From Schmidtea polychroa (lineage: Eukaryota), in assembly GCA_044892525.1 (NCBI GenBank), contig CM097886.1, forward strand, positions 153,140,001 through 153,204,000: a stretch of 64,000 bases of DNA, read 5' to 3'. Shown here in pieces: positions 22,701-37,700 of this stretch. The notes under the pieces are model-generated. The model was not told the DNA's origin, did no database searches, and was given only the letters and a program-made list of their open reading frames with translations. Each line of letters starts with the position of its first letter. Position 1 is the stretch's first letter. Made by a program: the position numbers and the translations under genes.

Positions 22701-25700
22701 AATTTTGACCTATTTAGGTAACAATAGAAAAATCCAATAATAACAAGAGGGAATAATTTTCTACTCGTATATGTCAGTAAAGTAGTAACCAGTGGTGATG
22801 ATGTAGACATCATTTCGAAATGTTATCAATTTTGTTTTACTTGTGCATCTCCATCACTGAAGATATCTACCAGTCAACACTGATAACAACAATATTCGTA
22901 TATCCTTACACTAAACAATCTGTAGAAATGACATTTATTTTGAGTTTATTTTGATATTATAAACAAAAAAATGTCAATAACAGAAATAAATAGTTAATTT
23001 TATCTTTGAAATGTTAAGAACATTTCAAATTTGATATTTTGACAAAAATTCCAATTGTTTTGCAAACATTTCACATTTTTACATACTGTACTGGACTCAT
23101 GGATAATGATAGAACTTGCGTGGATGTTGTTTCTTTGTTAATCATGGTGCAATACTGGCGTGTTTATTTGCTTGGCGTTTAAGTATGTTTAATCAGATTT
23201 TTCAATTTTGTTGGCATGCCGCTTGAATTTGTGCTTAGTGAAAAAGGAAGGCTAAAATTAACTGACTCGGGTCATCTATTTTTTAAGGATGTATCTTCAG
23301 GAGATAAAATATTTTTGAAATGCGACTATTATCAACGTCTTAGGTGTAGAGCATGCTTGCATACTTACAATGATCAAATTATTAAACGAATTGGAGATCA
23401 TAATCACGCTGGAAACTCTGCTAGAATTGACGCAGCAAAAGTCGTTAATGAAATAAAGGAAGAAGCAAAAGTTACACAAAATTCTCCTCGTAGAATTGTT
23501 GCTGATTCCTTCACAAAACAAACAGTTCCAAACAGTTGTCGGTCAGTTGTCGATCAGTTTCCGCACTGAAAGATACGATCCGAAATTCCAGGCGCCTTGC
23601 TGATCTACCACCACCAAACTTTTTGATCGATTTGCATATTCCTATGAACTATCATGTTACTCACAATGACGAGCAGTTCTTATTGTACGATAGCAATAAT
23701 GGTCCAGAACGAATTCTTATTCTTTCAAAATAAATAAATCTACAACTGCTTTTCCGTTCCCAAAATCGCTTTGCCGATGGAACCTTCAAACAATTATTAT
23801 TCACTTATTTCATCAGTTATATACCATTCATGGAATTACCAATTATCGAGCAATTCCTGCTGCCTTTGCTTTATTGCTGTCAAAAAGCGAACAAATTTAT
23901 AAACAGTTATTTACCCAGCTGATAGACTTGCAGCCAAATTTATCTTCATCATCAATCACAACGGATTTTGAATTGGCTGCTATTAATGCCTTACATATCG
24001 TGTTTCCTGCCTCAAAGCAGAAAGTATGTCTTTCCACTTTAGCTAGTGTCTGTGGCGAAATATCAAAAGAGGTATGAAAGAGACCCAGATTTTGCATTGA
24101 AAATTCGAATGATTTCGACATTAACTTTTGTCCCACCTGATGACATTGTGCAAAGTTTTCAACATCTTTCCAATGATTTTCCTGACGAAGGTCAGCCTGT
24201 ACTACTCTATTTTGAAGATAGGTGGATTGGCATTCCCAATTGGAGCCAACGAAGCCCACCGCGCTTTCCCCACAGCCTTTGGAATAGTTACGAAGATTTC
24301 CTTACGGCTCGTCAAAAATAAACAATTCCTTTAAAGGATGACTTAGGGCCTTTAGTGAACTGATTATTGCCAGCCACCCAACAATGTGGGAGTTTACTTC
24401 CGCACTGAAAAAGAACAGGTACTTAATGAAGGAAAAATCGAACAACACATCAGTGGAACTAATACTCTTGCAGTAAAAAAACGTTACAGAGACAGTGCTC
24501 TTCGTATTCAACGTATTGTTCGAGATTATGATAATCGTGACCGAATGGATTACCTTCGTGGCTTAGCTCATAATTTTAACTTTTAGTTATTTTATTTAGT
24601 TATTTTATTCAGATTAATTTTTTTATTATTTTTGATAAAATTAATAAACCATGTAAAAGTCAAATAAAAAATATCAAGATCTGTAATTTCCTGGAAATTA
24701 CAAGTTTTTGAATTTTCGAGGAATTTCCCCGTGATGAATTTGCCGTAAACCTTATTTCGACATGAGACCAATAACTGAACATAATTCTGCTACATTCACA
24801 CAGCATATATTATAGTATTGCCGAATTTCAGAAGTATTCAGTTAAAAAAATTTTTGGATATTTTATCTATGTGATAACTATATTTTATTATTTTAAACAA
24901 ATGTTTAAAAAAATAGGAAAATTAAAATCATAGGATAGATTATCGTGATATGAATATAGGTATTATTGAAACCGATACATTTATTATTGTTTTTATTATT
25001 CATTTAAAATTAGATACCATTACAATCTGATTTCAGGTTTATTGTGCTGATGTGAATATAATTATTTAAATCTGACCTCAATATCGAATTGCTACTGCAT
25101 AAGCCGTTTAGTTTCACTATTCACGAAAACGTCGAATGCACAATTAAAATTAGGGTTTTCAACATTTATTAAAATCTGTGTATTTGATTTAAATATATTT
25201 AATAACAATTATTCGAGGAGTACCGCGCGATGATACTGAAACCCCTAGATTTGCAAATAATTGATAAACTTTGGGAAAGAATTTTAGTTGAAATAAACTA
25301 TGTATGTAGCTTGTTAAAATGTAATAACGCTTGTTTACAATTATTTGGAGATTTTTATTTTTGAAAGGCGTGAGACAAAGAAATTTCTTAATGATTCACT
25401 TTCAATGTTTGAGGAAAATCGAAAAGCAAAAAATTATTTTATAGTTTCTTGAACCATAGAAAAAAGTCTTAACTAAAGCAAATATTTATAACTGGATACT
25501 GAGTTATTCGTTTGGCCGAATAAGTGCAATGAAAACCAGAGAAATGAGATGCTCGTAAAAATATACGACAGGTGAGAGAAAGATTATCAAAATGGAGTTG
25601 TCTGTAAGTCTTTATGCTTAAAAGAGAATAGTAGAATTTCAGCTAGAAAGTTGTAATACATATTTTTTCCAGAATTTTCAACGGCGGAAATAAAGACATG

Positions 25701-28700
25701 AAATAAAGAATCTTTACCCGATCGATGACATTAGTATCTGTTTTCTGCTATATATCTTAACCTAAAATGAAACACAACTTACTTTAAACTGAATCTAGAA
25801 AGTGAAAAAGCGCCAAAAGTGATCCACTCAGACACTAGTCTTACTAAATTTGTGATAATGAGTGTCTTCCAGGAATTCCAAACAGTTAAAAGGGTATATT
25901 TAACCAAGGATTACTGCATTTTACTAGTAAAATAGAGTAAAGTTTATAAATTATATTTGCCGCGTGAAAGCGTTCATATTCACACATCCCACCAAACAAT
26001 GTGAATTTCTACACCTTCATCATTTCCCCTGTAACACAGATCAGGTGCATAATAATTCTTAGTCATTTAGCTAATCGAGAAAATATTAGCAGTATTAATT
26101 TGAATTTAAAAATCTAAAGGAAAATGTAGAAAAGTTTATCAAAATATAATTTGATTGGTATTTAGAGTTTATTGACATTTTGAATTCGTTAAAAATAAAA
26201 TATAATATAATATAATATCCCATTACAGGTCCCAACAGTTATCGAATGCTAAACCAGTTAGTAAAGAAAGATTTTGATCAAATGTAAGTCAGAAACACTT
26301 TGAACCTGACGAAAATTAGATGAAAGAAGCTACGAAATAAAATTAAACAATGGAATGTTCAATGTGATTTTAAATCCATTTCAACGAGAGATATGTGAGA
26401 AAATAAAACATCAATAAATGCAAATTTTATTAGATGAGGATTTTCGACTATGAAATAATTCTTTCCAAGCAATTTCACAATAAAGTTTTCAGCTCAATAC
26501 AACTTGCAACAACTTATTTTTTCAGTCATTAATTGCTTAACATTTAATTTATGCTGCTACATAGAATAAATAAAAGAAATCATCAGTTATCATAGTTATG
26601 GTATTAATTGAAGTGTCGTTTATAAATAATTATAATATTTAAAAACTGACATTTTTATTAGAATTTTAAGTTTGCTTTAATATTTCTGATTGATATTTAT
26701 GATAAATTGATATTTATGATAATATAAATATATGATACCCGTTGCACATATTGCACATTGCTGCAGTTTGATTATTAAGATAACCGACAACCCTACATGA
26801 GAAGAGTGATTCAAATGGGTATCACCACTTGAATTATTATCAACATTTTCATAAAATAATTATGAAGGCCCACAAAAAAACCAATGATTTAATAACTAAT
26901 AAAATTAATCAGCAAATATTATAAATTTGGAAGTAAAAATATCAAAAGATGAAATTTTCTCAAAATTTTGTTTAAAAATTTATTTAATGCGAAATTTTTG
27001 TGAAATTTATATCGATTTATAGAATAATCGTATTTTTTTTAAATTGTAAAAACTATAACTTAACCCTTTTGTGAGAAAGTATTTTTTACAGTTTTATATC
27101 AGTTTTGTTTGGAAATGAATACTGATCGCATGATATGAATTTCTAATTGATCATTTACTTATAAACAATATAAAAATGTTACAATAATAATGAAATTTTA
27201 GATATGCGTGCGATTCATTTATAATTTTCGGTGCTGGGTTTACATGTATCTTTGGATCTCTAAGATCAATTGAACCAAGAACAAATGATCTTCGAATTAA
27301 AATAAAAGTTCATCAAATTCGGATTACTAGTCTAATGAAAGAATGTCCAATTATTAATATTGCATATTTTGTTAAAATTTGGTATTTCCGGATCAATAGT
27401 ATTTGGCCAGACTTTACATAACTAACAAAAAGTTTCCTAAAATTCGGTGACAATGCCATTATAAAGTTTAGATGATTCCATTCAGTCCAAAAGGTCCGAA
27501 GATAACATCAAGCCAACATGAAAATGAAAACTTATGGAGTTTTCCAGGATGAAAAGATAATCTGTGCCAATTACTTTTAATGTAATTAAATATGTAATAT
27601 CTGTTTCCGCGGCTCATGAAATGATTAATTGATTTTGAAGTCATTTGTTTTGAATTTTAGTGAATTTTAGAAAATAAAAATTGATCGTGAATTTATTTGT
27701 TTTATAGTAAATCATATTATAAAGCGAAAAGTCTAGTTTCTTTATTAAATGAAGAAGATGACATTTTCAATAAGTGTGCAATAAGATTTTATATTTTATA
27801 ATTTTTGTTCTTGTCTTATGTATGTTTATCAAAAACTAGATGGGAACGTCAACTCGAAAAAGTGAAATGTGTAAGATATCCCAGTCTTTAAATTTTCTTT
27901 TCCCCTGAAGCCGTGATATAAAAGTGCGAATTCATTTGTTTTTTGATCGAGTTTAGTCATTTGTAATTATTTATTAATGTTAATTTAGTAAACAAGGTAT
28001 TAAAAAACCCTGATATGGATAATGAAATCACGAATTTACCATTAAAGAAGCTTATTAAAATTTTTCACCAAACAAATCTTTCTAAATTAATGCAATGAAT
28101 TACTGTAGAATTAGAGCTAGAATTTGAAATACAACTGACTGAGGTTAGAAACAAAGTAGTTTCCTTACTCTAAAAACAAATCCAATTTCTTCAATAGATG
28201 ATCATTTCCGCATTAAATACTTTATTAAAATTAAAATTGATAACATTAAAATACTTGTAAATTTCTTGAAATTTATTTTTGTTTTCAAAAGATCCTATGA
28301 GATTCACTATGGACAAACATCAATTGTAAACGCCCGAAAATCCTTGAATTTTATTGCACTATCATTTTAATAAGTACTATAAGAAAAAACCAGCACCCAG
28401 TAATTCTAAAACCATCATTTTGGCCAGGAGAATCCGGGCATGGTGATCATTTTTCGGACTCTGAGTTGACAATAAATTTATTCTGGTTGGATCAGTGAGG
28501 TAATTCAAATTTACAATTTCGTTTATATTTTCAATGTAAACCAGAAACTAAACACAATATGCAAGTGACCAATAAGTAACATTGGTTCCATGAATGAGAC
28601 AATAGATACCACCAACGGTGCAATAGTCTGGAGACTGGCAGTATGTATAATGTATAATTTTTAGAAAATAATGTATAATAAAATGTTTTTCAGTTTTTAT

Positions 28701-31700
28701 TTTTTCTGCTTCACTTATTGAATATATTGTGCAAAAATTGTAAATGTTTTTATACCAGTGTTTCGAACCCGAACCCGAACCCAAAACCCGCTCCGGTTCA
28801 AACAAATTTGTGAACCCGAACCGAACCCGAACCCATTCAAAAACCGGGTTCAGGTTCAATAAAAAAAACATTTTTTTAATTTTTTTTAATTTTTTTTGAG
28901 AAATTTTTTATTCCTGAATAACAAAAAAAATTAAAAAATGTATTTTTTTCTAAGAAACATCTAAAATGTAAGAAATATTATTAAACGAGAAAAATCATTT
29001 ATAGATAATGAACTTTTAAACGCCGCCATATATTTAGATCCTAGATTCAAATTGATGCTTAATGATGATAATACAACCAAAGCTCAAAATCACATTTTAT
29101 CCACAATAAGAAAATTAATAGATTTACATCTGGAAACTGAAAATAAAGCACGAACTAGCGAAACTACTATCACTTCCAATTTAATCTCTATTTTCCTCAG
29201 ATGAAGAAGCAGACATGCTGGAAGAAATGCTAAAGAACAAAGAAAAAAATTCTATATCAGGTGCAGCATCAATGCCGAAAATTTTTAACAAATCCAATGC
29301 TTGTATGGCTTTCAAAACCGAAATCGATATTTATGAAACCTATCCCAGGCTTCCTAAAGACAAAAATATTTTAGAATTCTGGGAGCAAAAAAAATGGAAA
29401 CACCATTACTTTATGAAGCTGCTCAGATTGTATTTGCTGTTCCTGCTACACAAGTCAGCGTCGAGAGGGCATTTTCTGCGCTGAAACTAATTTTAGCTCC
29501 ACAAAGAATACATTTAAGTGTTGATTCTTTAAGAAACATTTTATTTGTTAGACTTAATGAAAATTTTTTCCAAAAATAAATTAAATAATATTATATAATA
29601 CTTTAATACTGATATATATTTCTATATATTCAAAATAAAATATTAATTAAAAATTTCGCTTTTTTTAATTTGAACCTGAACCCAAACCCGAACCGAACCC
29701 GAACCCATTAAATTTTATTCCATTGAACCCGAACCCGAACCCGAACCCGAACCCATAATTTTCGGGGTTCGAAACACTGTTTTATACAGTAAGAAAATTC
29801 TTTTTCGCCGGGGTAGCATTGACTCAGTGTTGGCAACCCTATAAATACCACCCTAAACTCCGACAACCAAAGAGTTTACTATAGGCCCTAGTTCGAAAGT
29901 GATGTGCAATTTAAAAAGCGCTATGTTTTTATTAACAGTTGATTATATTTAAACACATTGTCTGTGCTAAATGCCGGAAACGAAAAACTATGTTACATAG
30001 GCTACATAAAGCGCTTAAAATCTAGGAATTATACGAAAAAATATATATTTTTACATTGTTTTTCCTAAATAATTGTTATTAATTCATAGAAACTGGATAT
30101 ATGTACATTTAAAAGCAAGCATTAATTTAATTCAATTAAATGTTGTGTGAAATGAACTAAAAAAACAAAAATTTTTATTATTTTAGGAAAATGTTATATT
30201 TAAGTATTAACTTTTAAAGTTAAACCATTATCTACCAGTGTCCTATTTGTAGGACAGCTAATTATAGTAAAGAAATAAATTTTGGGATAAGAATTTCAAC
30301 AAAAGGTTTTAGATATAGTGACATATTGGCTTTTATTAATTAAAACAAGGATTTTGAACAGAAATATTGATCTAATGAAAATTGTGTAATGAGAAAAAGT
30401 CTTGTAATTGAACTTAGCATCGAATGCCATATAAATCTATGGACTTATACGAAATTAATTTAAGATAAGCATATGTAAGCATATACAACGGTAATTATTC
30501 AATTATATTAGCAAGGAAAATTACAGATAAAATAAGAAGGATAAGAAATAATTAAATATTAAATTATATTGTGACCTTAAATAAAGGTCATCAGGAGATT
30601 GATTACTAAATTTCCCGTATTTAACCTTCATATAGTCATATAATATTTATAACCACAAAAATAATGTCTAATATTGTAACAATAAATACTTTTGTTCTTG
30701 TTTTGTAATTTTAAGATATTTAAATTCAAATTTAAAAATTAAAAAATTAACTTAATCTACACATTATACTCCAGTATCTACGGTAGGTGTTATTAGAAAT
30801 GGTGTTTGTGAGAATTTAAAAACGATGATAATATAAAAAAGAAAACCTTTTACTAACTGTCATTTTAAAATTGTGATATTTCATTGATATTGTTTTTTCA
30901 AAATTTTATATTGAAATAAGTTTTTTTAATTTGTTATTAAATGAATTCCGATTATAACTAAGATTATTATTTAGCATTCAACTAAAGAGCAAAAGAATAA
31001 TGAACCCATAATGATTTCATCTCGCACAACAAGTCGCAAAAAAATAAATAAAAAATTCCGTATGGTAAGATATATGTAGATCTAAGCCAGGGGTACTTTT
31101 TCCCCGATTTCAAAATTCCTTTTCCTTTTTGTACTAATTAATTAGTAATGACCTTGGTTTTTATTTTCCTGTTTGATTCCTTTTATTTCCTTTATCTTTC
31201 TCATTTTTAATTTCTTTTTACTTCCTTTTTCTTTTCTGAGTTTCTATAGATCGTCCCATTTGTCATGGCGATCTTCCCCCCATGTAATTTTATTTATTTC
31301 TTTATAAATTGCTATTTAGGTATCCTCAACAAAATATAAATAAAATATTCCGTTCAAAGTAATTTTTTAACTAGGTGATTTTGCTTAATATTAAATATTT
31401 CATAGCATTGATCACGCATAGGGATGGCAATCCGGATAATATTCGGTTTGAACTATCCGGATATTTTCTGAATTACGGATAATTCGAAATCCGGATATTT
31501 TGAATCAATTATCCGGATATTTGATTTTCGAAAAAGTAAATTTTTATCGTTTCAGAAATTTGATTTTTACAGGGTTTTTCATCGTATTTTGACAATGTGT
31601 CAACCAATTTAAAAAAAACAATGCTTTTACGGTTAGTTTTTTATTTATTTATTTCCAGCCTCTATTTGAGCTTTTTCCATGAAAAATTTAAATAACAAAA

Positions 31701-34700
31701 CACGGTCTCGATTCCCTCCAGTAAAAGTTTGAAAACTTATTATAAAATTAAAAAGATTGATGTAATAATTATTACACCGAAAATTGTAAAAGGAATAACA
31801 GAAATTAATATCAAACTGGCAATTACATAATTAGTCGGTAAAAGAAGATACCGTATTTTTACGAGTATAAATCGCACTTTTTCTCAATTTTTTGAAAATT
31901 ATTAACATGTGACTTATGCAAGCCAAAATTTCTTTAAATTGCAAACACAAGAATACGATTCATACATTGACAATGTTGCAGAAGACGGCAAATATGTTAA
32001 CAGTCCTATGTATGATGTGTTTCTTGCTAATTCTGCTAATTAAAACAAACATATATTAATTACAAATGAGCTATATGGTCAGTAATAATATTTTTCAAAA
32101 GATTTTGTCCATAAATTGAAATTGCATTATACTAGTAAAAATACGGTATTTTAGGCAATTGAATTTGTATTTTGTGAGTATTTAGTGTATTTTAAACTTT
32201 CGTTATTTACTAAAAAACAATTAACAGTTCGTTTATCATTTGTTTCTTTTACACTCGTAGATAAATAAATCGGCATTCGTGTATCCCGTAATTTACGTAG
32301 ACGCACCCCAGCTGTTCTAAAACAATATTTATAAGAGATTAGACTGGACTCTATACTTCTATACACAATATAATAACATAGTTTTGTAATTATCAATAAA
32401 TAAAATCATGTTTTAAAGAACCAAAAATTTTTTATATTTTGTTTTTATTTCGATTTTTTAAAGTAAAGATGAGTAAAAAATAATTTAATTTGTTAGGGTG
32501 TTTAACATTCCAGTTTTGCATCTGCACTGTGATTATCAGTGGTACGCTTGGATAATACAATTCGGAATTTGATGACTCGTTTTAAGCCTTCTTTGGTTTA
32601 TTATAGAAATCAATGATTTTATTTGACAGCGTAAATACAGATTTAGAAACATCGACTGGTAAACATTCAACACAAATAAGAGTCTTCATTGTAAAGGATA
32701 ATGAAGAAACAATTTATGATTCCTTAAAAAATTCCAATAATTCTCGAAATCTCACCTTTTTTATAATAATAGAAAACCAAAATAATGCCAATAGTTTATT
32801 TAAATTTTAAAAAAAATTTCTATTTTGTATTTTATATTTTAAATATATATTTTTAATAATGGGCAATATAGAGGACTTAATGAAACATCGATAGAATAAA
32901 TATATCATGTAAAACTGATAAAAATTCTCGATGATTGATGGTGTTATTTAATATTTGTACGAAATAAATATAATAGAGAATTTATATCCTAAAGAAGATA
33001 CTGCTTACATCGACCCCAATAGAATCGACAATTTCATCGTAAACCTCTCGTTGACTATCTGGATTTTTCGCTAAAAAATAAGAAAGAAACGTCAATGTTG
33101 CGGCGGTAGTTTCAAATCCTGCCAATAAAAATATTAATGATTGAGCCATTATTTCCTGATTTGTCAATGATTTTGAATCCATGTTTTGTGATTGATTTGG
33201 ATCACTTTCATCGACTTCTTTGTGAACTCTTAGCATCAAAGCCAGGAAATCATTGTACTCCTGAATATCAGAAATACGAATTTAGATTTTCTTACAAAAA
33301 CGAACTTTTCCATCATATGCCAATTTTGCTCTTTCTTCAATAGCTTTGTTTAGGTTATCGTTAAAAAATTGAAAAGTAGCACGGCCAAAAAATTCCGATT
33401 TCGGAACAATTTTTCTAACTAATCCAGCAAACTCGGGAAAAAATACTAAAATACTAAAAGTAACGAAAACGTTTGAATATATAAAATTTCATACAGAATA
33501 ATAATATTAGAGGATTTATAGCAGATACGTTAAACAACTTCTTAGCTTGGATCATAAACATATTATTAGGATTCGTCTGTGTATCGATGTGCATTCCAAA
33601 CATGGTTCGTGCAATTACATCCATTGTTAAAGACCCAAAAAATCTAAACGTTGAACTCTAAGTCAATTTGTTTGCAAATATTTATTCGCTCTCAAGACAG
33701 GTAGATAATTAGAGCCAAAATGAAGTTACACTTATTAGAAAACACATATTGCACATTTATGTATACGACAAAAAGTTTTATAAATGTCTAAATTAAATAA
33801 TAATAAATTATCCATTAAACAAAGATTATCTATTTACCCAGCTCATCCTATACCAATGGTATCCAACTGAACGTTTTCCTATTTAACAACATTGTTTTAT
33901 TATATTGACTGTCATTTTATTCGGTTCTTTGAAATTTTAGTTTGATTAATACCAATTTTAATAAAAGCTACTTTTTCAAAAATTTGATATCATCGAAGTG
34001 GTCGGACTTTACCACGTGCAAATCTTATTAGAAAAAAGAGAATGCTATAGTTAAATGTTTTTAATATACATAAAAAAATACGAAATCGAGTAGAATTTGA
34101 ATCATATTTTATAAAATCACATTGTAATGGTCATTTTACAAACAATTTATATCATGAAGTTGAGGAAAGTTCTATGTAATAGTGAGACATTTGGCCAAAA
34201 TCTTGGAAATTGTTCATAAAAAGCACCTAATTTAATTAAATACTGTCTCAAAACAGTTGTAACATATATCACAACTGAGGTTATACATCAAAAGGTTTTA
34301 TAATAAAAATAACAACTCACTCTTTAAAATCAATTGGTGTATCATTTGGATATTCAATAATTCGTTTTTCTAATAAATTAACACCGTCAGCTATTAACGG
34401 AGACATCTAGAAAAAATATTAATAATGTAGAAAAAAGCTGTGGCCTCAGGTAAACTCTTAAAAAATAAATACTTCATTGAATAAATTAATATTACATTTT
34501 TATGATTATAGCCTATATCTTTCATAAAAAGCACAAAATCATCATGAGATAATTTTGAAAATAATATCGTGATTAGTATTAAAACATTCTACGATTTCGG
34601 GAATATTTGAGTAGTATTACTAATTATTTATTCATAAATAAATTAGTAACTAATGGAATACTGAATATCAATATCACAAAATTTTACCATAAAAAAATTT

Positions 34701-37700
34701 ACAATAATTAATACTGATTCAAAATTTTTATAAGTTGATGGGCATTTAAATGGGTTATTTAAAATCTTTAATTATATTTACTATAAGTTGAAATAGAATT
34801 GATTAATTAAATTAAATTAAAAAATAAATAAATATTGTTCATACAATCGATAATGATTAGTTTTTGCTGTCCTATTTGACTATGACAAGAAAACTGTCGA
34901 AATATATCGTAAATCGAATGTTTGAGTGGCGCTTTCTTCTAATTAAATCATTGGTATGCTTATTTAATTATTAATTTAATATAAACAGATGGCCTGTAGG
35001 TTCTGTAACGACTAGCATCAATATCAGTTCGAAACTATTGCATATAAAAGCTGGAAATTTACTCTCTTAATCTTGGTGTCGAAAATATTGTGACCAACAA
35101 CGGATGGTTAAATAAATGAAAATTAAATGGAGTTTGTAATAAAATATCATGGTGAAAATATCAAATAGTTAACCATTGAAAATATTGAGTTGAGAGTCAA
35201 TGAGTAATTGGTGGTAATTCTACAGTTATCAAACATATATAACATTACCAACCAGGACAAAGGAAGATAAAAATTCCAGTCAAGATTGTAGCCAACGACA
35301 ATGATTTAAAAAAGTATGAACAGTCAATTCAAAAGAGGAAGCAAGTGAAATCTACGATTTGATTTTCGGTTAACAATGGTGAAACTAAATGTTATATCAG
35401 AAAAGCAGAGTATAAAAAATTAAAACGTAGTCATAGTCTGAAGGTTATTCATTTAATTTTTGTGAGGAATTTTGTGAATTTTTGAAATTTGAAAAGTTGT
35501 TTTCTACATGAAGTTTGCGAATTTTGATGAATGAATTGAATTTAGATTGTGGTTCAATGTTTTGAAATTTTATAAAACCAAATAATCTGTTTGATAATTA
35601 TTGTAAAATATAAAAACCTTAACTAGAAAAAAAATGGAAAAAAATTTATTTTTAAAAAATTTAAAAAACGCAAAAAATGTAATTTCTAAATTAAATCACG
35701 ATTCAATCAAAAGTCAGATAATTTAAACACAAAAGATCACAATCTTCATAGTTTTTCTTAGACTGATTCAACAACTCTTTCAGAGTCGAAAATTCTCAAT
35801 TTTTCTTTAATAAACTTGAATCTTGCAGCAAAGGCTTATCATATCATTTACTAACCATTTTGTGAATTAATGTCACTACTAATAAACCATCATTCTATAT
35901 CTATAAATTTTACAAACAAGAATTGTATTTTTTAATAAAAAATCCCGTATTTAATGAATGCAAATATATAGTTTCACACTTAACACATTAAGTCCAAAGT
36001 TCATTATTTTATTTTATTTATTCTTAGCATTTATATTAGATAAATAAATTTCAGTAGTTGATACTTTGACAAATTTCAATTTTCGCATTCTGTAAAAAAT
36101 TCTGCGGAAAAAAACAGGGCGAGAATTTAAAAGGGTTTAATTGAATTGAATTTCAATGTGAGTATAAAATAAAAGAAAAAATTTAATGATCTTATAAAAT
36201 AAACTTAAATTCACCTATTATTTCAAAAATTTGGCGAGTATAACTATTAAAACTCCATTAACAAGATTTTTAGTTCATCCAAAAAATTATGATTATTAAT
36301 AGTCGAAGATTAGTTAAAGATAAATAAGGAGGTATTAAGGAGGTAAGGAGTAGTAGTTGAAAATGATTTATTAAAATGGCAATTAAATAACGAAAACATT
36401 CATTAAAAAGTAAACAGATTGTAATGTTAACAGGTTAAGAATAAAAAATAATTCAGTTAATCAAGGATCAATAAACAATATATAATTAATTATAATATAC
36501 TATTTACAATAAGTGCCAAATAAAGATATTATATATGTATGCACCAGTGCCGTATTTACCATTAGGCCAATATTAACCGGCCGAGATGAGGTACATGTCA
36601 AGGTACGACGAAAGCAGGAATTAAAAATGTAAATAATAAATTATGTAACAAGCCACGGTGGATCTAGTTCATTGTACACATACAAAGCGAAATTAGTACT
36701 CTTTGGATTGAAGTATTAATATTAAACTGATCCATAATTATAGAACATTTCCGGAAACTCTTTAATATAAATGGTGAAAGATAGTAATTATTGTTGATAT
36801 CATTGTTTACGAATTTAACTTTTACTCTTAGTCAAAACAGAAATGCTTCTAAAAGCAGACAAGTCAATGTAGCCTTGAACTTTATGATATTTTGCTGTAG
36901 TAAGAATATTACCAATAAATTAATGGTTCCAGGCCGCTTGTTAGGAACCCCCCCCCCCTTGTTAGGAAAATAAAAATTTTCAAAATGTATTCTATTATTA
37001 TAAAACTTTCTTTTTATAAATTTAATATTAAATTTTAAATTAATCAATAAAAATAGCATAAAAATAAATGAATTATATTTATTTCTTGATTCAAACGTTT
37101 TTAAATAAAAATTCGTTTTATTTATCAAATTTTATTTTGTATGCTCAATGAGAATATCTTGATCAGTATAAGAGCGCGGAACATACTAAGCCCATGAATA
37201 CAAAGGAAAGATATAATTCTGGTACTCTAGCTCTTGCTAATTTGATTAAATCAATGAGTAGAGCAATTAAACTTAGCTTAGGAAATTAAATAAAAATTTA
37301 TTTAATTTATATTTTGTTCATTTTAAATTATTTTTTTGTTAATAATAAAATTTATGTAATGAAAATATTTATTATAATTAAATAAATTTTGAAATTATTT
37401 TTACCTAGCAAGGGGATTTTCTAACAAGGGGCCGACACGTAAACTAATAAAATAAATAGTATGTCAATAATTTTCCAATACGGTGGATATAATATAAAGA
37501 CACCAACTCAACGGCCTTGAATACAGAAAACGGGGTAAAAGAAAATGGATCAACTAGACGTAATGAGTAAGATAATAAATTTGGATTCGTTTCTTCGGCG
37601 ATGTCGCTGGGCTAGATATGTTGAATACTTATGTCATGACTACAAGTCTGTTTACGAACTTGAATTACTTTATTATGACAAACCTAATAAATCTAAATCA

